From contig JAZRBG010000038.1 of the NCBI GenBank assembly GCA_045634945.1, positions 178,521 to 242,520 on the forward strand: DNA of 64,000 nt, read 5' to 3'. The translations under genes were made by a program, and so were the position numbers. The DNA is from Akkermansia sp. Lineage in GTDB: Bacteria; Verrucomicrobiota; Verrucomicrobiia; Verrucomicrobiales; Akkermansiaceae. The first letter of the stretch is position 1. Each line of letters begins with the position of its first letter. Below the pieces are notes generated by a model. That model was not told the DNA's origin. It did not search any database and saw only the letters and a list, made by a program, of their open reading frames with translations. This document shows, one piece after another, positions 58,568-64,000 of this stretch.

Positions 58568-58762
58568 ATGCTGGTATATGTGAACAATACCTCCGTACGC
58601 ATTTTTGCGGGAGCAACCGCGCTGGATGCCCTGCGCCGCTACTGTACTGACACCGGAACGACGCTTCCTGAAGGGGATTTGTATGATGCCTGGGGTAATG
58701 TCATTGCAAAAGACAGCCCCATGTGTGATGGCCGCCATATTTTCACTCAATCTCCCCGCTGA
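58568..58762 (+). CDS. Hypothetical 64-aa protein, possibly beta-grasp (ThiS/MoaD-like) but lacking a C-terminal GG
   Basis: It starts 2 nt after the upstream stop. The pattern MLVYVNN.SV....G.T.LDAL ... DG..IF resembles ThiS-like folds by eye only. Confidence 0.35.
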   Translation: MLVYVNNTSVRIFAGATALDALRRYCTDTGTTLPEGDLYDAWGNVIAKDSPMCDGRHIFTQSPR

Positions 58763-58795
58763 TTTTTCTATCACCCATATCAAGACTGAACGCAT

Positions 58796-60214
58796 ATGAA
58801 CAAAGCTAAATTTCTCTCCCTGCTGGCTCTGCTCGGTACGGCATTTGCCGAGCAAGTTACCGTTTTGGGCATAAATGACATGCACGCCAACATAGACGGC
58901 ATGCCACAACTGGCCACTTGCGTGAAACAAGAGCGTCTCACAGATCCGGGGCTGTTGCTTATGGCCGCGGGAGACAGCCGCACAGGCAACCCCTATGTAG
59001 ATAACGGTAACCGCCCCGGTATACCGATGGTTACTCTCATGAACCACATCGGCTTTGATCTCTCCACCTTCGGCAATCATGAGTTTGACTCAGGCCCTGC
59101 CGCGCTGCGAGACTATATCAACGCCGCAGAGTTTGACTTTGTATGCGCCAATATCTTTACCACCGATACTCAGGGTATTGACGTAAAGCCTTACAAGATT
59201 TTTGAGCGCAACGGTGTGCGCATCGGCGTGCTGGGGCTGGTACAGGTAGGAGAATCAGGAATCCCCGATGCACACCCCGACAAGTGCAAAGGCTTGCAAT
59301 TTGCTTCTCCCTTTGAAACAGCCGCCTACTATAAACACCTGAGAGCCCATTGTGACGTGCTCATCATCCTGACGCACCTCGGGTTTGAAGATGACGTTAA
59401 GCTGGCTCAGATGTTCCCCGAAGCAGATGCCATTGTGGGCGGGCATTCTCACACAAGAGTGGAGAAAGAGCATATCGTCAACGGTGTTCTCATCACGCAG
59501 GCAGAAGGTAAACTGAAATACGTGACACGTCTGACATTTGATGTTGAGAACGGCAAAGTTACAGACAAGAAAGCAGAGTTGCTTCCTTTGTCAGATTTAC
59601 CGGCAGATGCCGCTACGGCAGAGCTGGTAGAGAAATCAAAATCTCTGCCTTTCTTCAAACGCCAACTCACTACGGTGAATCGTAAGATTACCCGCCGCGA
59701 GAGCTTGGGCTGGATGATGGCAGATGCCATTTGCAGCCGTGCCGTAACGGATATTGCCATTGTGAATCTCGGCGGCGTGCGTCTGGACGAATTCCCCGCA
59801 GGACATCTTACCGTTGCGGATGTCTACCGATTGGATCCCTTCGGCAATGCCATTGTTCGCGCTACATTGACCGGCAAAGAACTCATCGCCTTGCTTGAAA
59901 GTATTCCCCAAGCTGACCACTATGGCGCACCCTGCGTATCCGGTATGACGTATAAGTGCGTAAAGCCGGCAGCCGAACTCAAGCCCATGCGTATAACAGA
60001 AGCCAAGCTGTCCGACGGCACACCCATTGCCCCAGAGGCACGTTACACGGTGGCATACAATTCCTACATTGCCTCAGTTGCTCCGTCTAAGCCGCAAGAT
60101 GCCGGTATTGCCATTGACAGCGACGGCGCAGAGTGCCTCATTCGCTTCCTTGAAAAGAAAAAGGAGGTGGATTATGAAGATGTATCCCGTGTTGACGTAA
60201 CAATTGAAGAATAA
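58796..60214 (+). CDS. Secreted 5'-nucleotidase / metallophosphoesterase (UshA family), copy 1
   Basis: Signal peptide, GINDMHAN, GD.RTGNPY, GNHEFD and GGHSHT motifs, plus a 5'-nucleotidase C-terminal domain. Confidence 0.88.
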   Translation: MNKAKFLSLLALLGTAFAEQVTVLGINDMHANIDGMPQLATCVKQERLTDPGLLLMAAGDSRTGNPYVDNGNRPGIPMVTLMNHIGFDLSTFGNHEFDSGPAALRDYINAAEFDFVCANIFTTDTQGIDVKPYKIFERNGVRIGVLGLVQVGESGIPDAHPDKCKGLQFASPFETAAYYKHLRAHCDVLIILTHLGFEDDVKLAQMFPEADAIVGGHSHTRVEKEHIVNGVLITQAEGKLKYVTRLTFDVENGKVTDKKAELLPLSDLPADAATAELVEKSKSLPFFKRQLTTVNRKITRRESLGWMMADAICSRAVTDIAIVNLGGVRLDEFPAGHLTVADVYRLDPFGNAIVRATLTGKELIALLESIPQADHYGAPCVSGMTYKCVKPAAELKPMRITEAKLSDGTPIAPEARYTVAYNSYIASVAPSKPQDAGIAIDSDGAECLIRFLEKKKEVDYEDVSRVDVTIEE

Positions 60215-60233
60215 TTTACCATTTTCCATCATC

Positions 60234-61649
60234 ATGAAAAAAACACTTTTCTTACCGATTCTCAGCCTGCTCGGAACGGCTTTCGGCGAGCAGATTACCG
60301 TTTTGGGCATCAATGACATGCATGCCAATGTTGACAACGTGCCGCAGCTGACCACCTGCGTACAACAGGAGCGCGCCAAAGACCCGCAGTTACTCCTGTT
60401 CTCGGCAGGCGACAACCGCACGGGTAACCCGTATGTAGACTGTGGCGACCACCCCGGTGCCGCCATGATTAAGCTCATGAACCACATCGGCTTTGATTTG
60501 TCTACTCTCGGCAACCACGAGTTTGATGCCGGTGCCGCAGCCATGGCCTACTGCATTGATACCGCAAACTTTGATTTCGTGAGTGCCAACGTATTCCCCT
60601 CAGACAAGTTGGGGGTAGACCTGAAGCCCTACAAGATTTTTGAACGCAACGGTGTACGCATCGGCGTGCTGGGCTTGTTACAGGTGGATGCCTCCGGCCG
60701 CCCGGATGCCCACCCGGATCAGTGTAAGGGCTTCGGGTTCATTCATCCGTTGGAGCTTGCCCCGCATTATCGTTACCTGCGCAGCCAGTGTGATATCCTG
60801 ATTCTGCTCACCCATATCGGATTTGAAACAGACGTAGAGTTGGCAAAGATTTTCCCCGAGGCAGATGCCATTATCGGCGGACACAGCCACACCCGTGTGG
60901 AAAATGGCCACACGGAAAACGGGGTCTTGATTACGCAGACGCAGAACAAGCTCAAGTACATTACCCGCCTTACCTTTGATGTTGAGGACGGCAAGGTGCT
61001 CAGCAAAAAAGCAGAGTTGCTTCCCCTGAAAAATTACGAGGCCGATGCCGAAACTGCGGCCATGGTAGAGCAGATAAAGAATCAGCCCTTCTTCAAGCGC
61101 AGCCTCACTACGGTAAAACGCAACATCACCCGCCGCGAAAGCTTGGGCTGCATGATGGCAGATGCCATTCGCAGCTGCGTTAAGACAGATATTGCCGTGG
61201 TCAATATGGGCAATGTGCGTTTGGACACATTCCCGGCCGGTCCCCTCACCGTGGCAGATGTTTACAGTCTCGACCCCTTCGGTAACGATACCATCTGCAT
61301 GACGGTAACAGGTGCAGAACTCATCCGAGTACTGGAAAACATTACTCAAAACGATGACCATGGTGCCCCCTGTGTTTCCGGCATGTGCTACACCTACACT
61401 TGGCCTGCCGGTGCAGACCGCATGAAAGTTGTAACAGCCTGTCTGGAGGATGGCACCCCCATTAACCCTGAGGCGCGCTACACACTGGCCATTAACTCAT
61501 ACCTGTGCGCTACCACGGAGAACATGCCCGCAGATCCCGGTGTATCGGCACAAACGGACGGTGCTTCCTGCATGCTCAAAGTGCTCGAAACAAAGGCAGA
61601 AATTGACTACGAAGGCGTTTCTCGCGTAGAAAAAGCCCCTGCACAATAA
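60234..61649 (+). CDS. Secreted 5'-nucleotidase / metallophosphoesterase (UshA family), copy 2 (tandem paralogue)
   Basis: It has the same motif set as copy 1 and is collinear with it, with roughly two-thirds identity by eye. I set the start at ATG 60234. Confidence 0.88.
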   Translation: MKKTLFLPILSLLGTAFGEQITVLGINDMHANVDNVPQLTTCVQQERAKDPQLLLFSAGDNRTGNPYVDCGDHPGAAMIKLMNHIGFDLSTLGNHEFDAGAAAMAYCIDTANFDFVSANVFPSDKLGVDLKPYKIFERNGVRIGVLGLLQVDASGRPDAHPDQCKGFGFIHPLELAPHYRYLRSQCDILILLTHIGFETDVELAKIFPEADAIIGGHSHTRVENGHTENGVLITQTQNKLKYITRLTFDVEDGKVLSKKAELLPLKNYEADAETAAMVEQIKNQPFFKRSLTTVKRNITRRESLGCMMADAIRSCVKTDIAVVNMGNVRLDTFPAGPLTVADVYSLDPFGNDTICMTVTGAELIRVLENITQNDDHGAPCVSGMCYTYTWPAGADRMKVVTACLEDGTPINPEARYTLAINSYLCATTENMPADPGVSAQTDGASCMLKVLETKAEIDYEGVSRVEKAPAQ

Positions 61650-61663
61650 AACGGCTCACACCG

Positions 61664-63061
61664 ATGAAGCGTACCTTAGTTACACTCTGCCTGTTAGCAT
61701 CCCCTGTCCTTATGGCGCAGGGACCTGAGGATATTGCTGACCATACCGTGCGCATTCACATGACAGGTGCGCAGGTAGCACGCTCCGGCATGTACCAAGC
61801 GGCAGTGCTTCCATGGTATACGTGGGATGAGATTACGGACTTCGTCATCGACTTCCCCGATAGCGGCACATTCTCCACCACAACGGGATACAGCGTCAAC
61901 CTCAGCAAGCAACTGGCCGTCAGTTATCACCCGCAAACGAGTGAAGGAAAAGCTTATGTAAAATTGGAAGGTGCAGATTTAAACATACTCATCACCCTCA
62001 CCTATACGGACAACACCTCCGGCACCGCAGAAATTGCGTGGCATGAGGCGGGAGACACCCGCCACATACGCAACACCACATTCTCAGTTCAACAGGACAC
62101 CGACACGGCATCCGGCGTTAATATGCCGGAAGAAATCATTTCTTGCGACCCGGATATCTGGGATGACGGACTGGCTGATATTCTGAGAGAAATTGAAAAC
62201 GCGCGCTATAAAAGTGCCACAGACAAGTTATACCAAAAGCGGCTGACTACACTGCTGCCTATGGTAATGATGACCTTTGATGCCTCATACACCAACCCGG
62301 ACTATAAAGGCAACACTGCCCTGCACTATGCTTGCGGGCTCAGTCACGTAAAACTGGTACAGTGGTTGGTAGACCATGGGGCAGACATGCAAATGTCAAC
62401 AGATAAAGGAGCAAGCATTGATGCCTGTATCGGCGGCAAAAACGCAGCCAAAATCAAAACCATTCTTCAGGAAGCCCGTTCCTGGCGAGATGCCCCGTAT
62501 CAAGGGCCCAAAGCGGATAGTACAGAAGCACGTCAAGCAGCAGACTGTTTCGATGTAGCATTTGCCGGCATAGAATTCGATAAGGCAGACTACTCGTTCT
62601 CCATCAAGGATGAGGAAATGGAACGCAAAGCACGCGTACTCTACCGCTACATCAAAGATGACAACGGTATATACAGTCTTGCCTTATGTCCCACGGATGT
62701 TACGGCTCTTCATCTCACCCGCGTGCTGAATGCCAAGGTTACGGAAGACCAATTTGTGGAGCGAATCATGCGAGCCCTGACCCAACAGCGCTTTTACATG
62801 CAACAGTTATACCGCAAGGATGGCTATATCTTATCGCATCTGCCGCACATGATGCTGACCCGAGAAGACGAGGGCATGGATTACGATGCGGCAAGCACTG
62901 TGTATAGAGCTGCGCGTGAAGGTAATGCTGAACTGGTGCGCTGGCTTATCAGCAACGGGGCAGATAGACGCCTGCTTGATGAGAAGGGTAAAAGCGTAAA
63001 ACTGCCGGCAGATACGCCACATTATGATGAAGTGCAACATGCACTGCAAATGAAAGATTAA
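61664..63061 (+). CDS. Secreted protein with an N-terminal beta-rich module and ankyrin repeats
   Basis: Signal peptide ...SPVLMAQG and ANK units (GNTALHYACGLSHVKLVQWLVDHGADM, AAREGNAELVRWLISNGAD). Confidence 0.75.
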   Translation: MKRTLVTLCLLASPVLMAQGPEDIADHTVRIHMTGAQVARSGMYQAAVLPWYTWDEITDFVIDFPDSGTFSTTTGYSVNLSKQLAVSYHPQTSEGKAYVKLEGADLNILITLTYTDNTSGTAEIAWHEAGDTRHIRNTTFSVQQDTDTASGVNMPEEIISCDPDIWDDGLADILREIENARYKSATDKLYQKRLTTLLPMVMMTFDASYTNPDYKGNTALHYACGLSHVKLVQWLVDHGADMQMSTDKGASIDACIGGKNAAKIKTILQEARSWRDAPYQGPKADSTEARQAADCFDVAFAGIEFDKADYSFSIKDEEMERKARVLYRYIKDDNGIYSLALCPTDVTALHLTRVLNAKVTEDQFVERIMRALTQQRFYMQQLYRKDGYILSHLPHMMLTREDEGMDYDAASTVYRAAREGNAELVRWLISNGADRRLLDEKGKSVKLPADTPHYDEVQHALQMKD

Positions 63062-63085
63062 CCTCAAACACAAAATTTTACAACA

Positions 63086-63289
63086 ATGGCAAGAAAGAAG
63101 AAAGAAAAAGAACCGGAGATGACGACGCTGCAGTGCATCGGGCTTTATATCAAAGAGATTTGCTCGGCATTGGCCCTCATTGCATTCGGTTGTACACTCT
63201 ATTATTTTGCCGATGACATCTCCGCATGGTTCGGAGATATGGTACAAACAGCTTTCAATGAACTCCTGCGCATGATGGGAGTAGAATAA
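63086..63289 (+). CDS. Hypothetical small membrane protein (67 aa)
   Basis: A Lys-rich N-terminus followed by one hydrophobic helix. It lies between two paralogous genes. Confidence 0.4.
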   Translation: MARKKKEKEPEMTTLQCIGLYIKEICSALALIAFGCTLYYFADDISAWFGDMVQTAFNELLRMMGVE

Positions 63290-63308
63290 AACAATCTCAG
63301 AAACAAAG

Positions 63309-64000
63309 ATGAAACCACTTACCTCTCTACTCACTCTGATAGTATCTGCCGGTGCAGTTGTTGCCGGGCAGCCTGCCCCCGTATCCATGGACGGCAAAAT
63401 TCTGGAGATATGTGTACGCAATGGTAAATCGACCACAACAGACAAAAACGAGCGCCCCTCCCATTGGCAGCCGTGTACACACAGCTCACTTTATTTGCAT
63501 TTTCCGTCAAACGGTAATAACAGCTACAGCTACCAACTGCATGAATCTACAGAGGATTCACCATGGCCGCCGGTAGTTGTAACCTATAGGCCCAAAGATT
63601 CAGCCATTTGGATTACCGGCAATGACATGCACGTAGACATTCAGCTCTATTTCTCCTCTGAGTCAGAGGGCAAGGCTGACGTAGCTTGGCACGAGGAGAA
63701 TGTTTCATGGTATGTTGAAAACGCAACATTCCACATTAATACAGCAAATGTTACCTCCGGCTATGTTGCCATGCCTCAAGAAGAAGCAACAGAGGGCGCC
63801 ATCCAAAGCGTTGATGATGGGCTCGGCGAGCTGGTGCGCGAGCTTGAAACACGCCAATATCAAACGGCCGTAGAGCGATTGTACCAAAAGCGCCTGCTCA
63901 CCATCCTGCCGCACATTATGGAGGGGGCGTCCGTAGACACAACCATAGCCAACGCCAACGGTACCACTGCACTGCATAACGCATGCGGGCTCAGCCATGT
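63309..64000 (+). CDS. Secreted beta-module plus ankyrin protein, paralogue of 61664..63061, 3'-truncated by the window edge
   Basis: Absent from the ORF track because it has no stop in the window. From ATG 63309 the frame stays open to nt 64000. It has a signal peptide MKPLTSLLTLIVSAGAVVA and shares LYQKRLLTILP and GTTALHNACGLSH with the upstream paralogue. Confidence 0.7.
   Translation, partial: MKPLTSLLTLIVSAGAVVAGQPAPVSMDGKILEICVRNGKSTTTDKNERPSHWQPCTHSSLYLHFPSNGNNSYSYQLHESTEDSPWPPVVVTYRPKDSAIWITGNDMHVDIQLYFSSESEGKADVAWHEENVSWYVENATFHINTANVTSGYVAMPQEEATEGAIQSVDDGLGELVRELETRQYQTAVERLYQKRLLTILPHIMEGASVDTTIANANGTTALHNACGLSH

Noticed and set aside
63352-63576. A listed 74-aa plus-strand ORF, and the minus-strand ORF 63705..63998.
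   Set aside because: They overlap, in other frames, the open-ended frame from 63309, which shows clear paralogy to 61664..63061.

Overview
This looks like a chromosomal segment of a moderately GC-rich bacterium. The gene mix is F1Fo ATPase, McsA/McsB/ClpC, HPr kinase, a NahK-type N-acetylhexosamine kinase and many secreted Sel1/ankyrin proteins. That suggests a host-associated Verrucomicrobiota (Akkermansia-like) organism, but this is an unverified inference because no search was possible. I call about 61 protein genes, one tRNA-Ser(UGA) and RNase P RNA. Positions 1-54 kb are mostly housekeeping: the atpBEFHAGDC operon, recQ, a UDP-xylose synthase, pyrF, thyA-folA, ilvD, metH, alr, dxr, lysS, an ADP-forming acetyl-CoA synthetase, hprK, rluD and htpG. 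Positions 54.1-64 kb form an accessory-looking, same-strand cluster of secreted and membrane proteins (ankyrin, Sel1, TMEM43/DUF1625-like, twin 5'-nucleotidases). The most notable observations are these. (1) Dephospho-CoA kinase and Rho are fused in one frame. (2) A perfect 15-bp inverted repeat brackets 121 bp in front of the secreted-protein cluster, with a lone tyrosine recombinase about 2.1 kb upstream; this is a candidate invertible promoter or operator. (3) The eukaryote-like repeat-protein cluster itself. (4) A Firmicute-style McsA-McsB-ClpC arginine-phosphorylation module sits next to hprK with no ctsR. (5) A NadE-like protein has lost all catalytic motifs. (6) nuoA stands alone with its own promoter and terminator. 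(7) TTGnnn-17-TAnnnT promoters recur only 6-9 nt from start codons, which implies widespread leaderless mRNAs. I recognised no CRISPR array, IS element, prophage or known defence system. All homology calls were made by eye from the translations.
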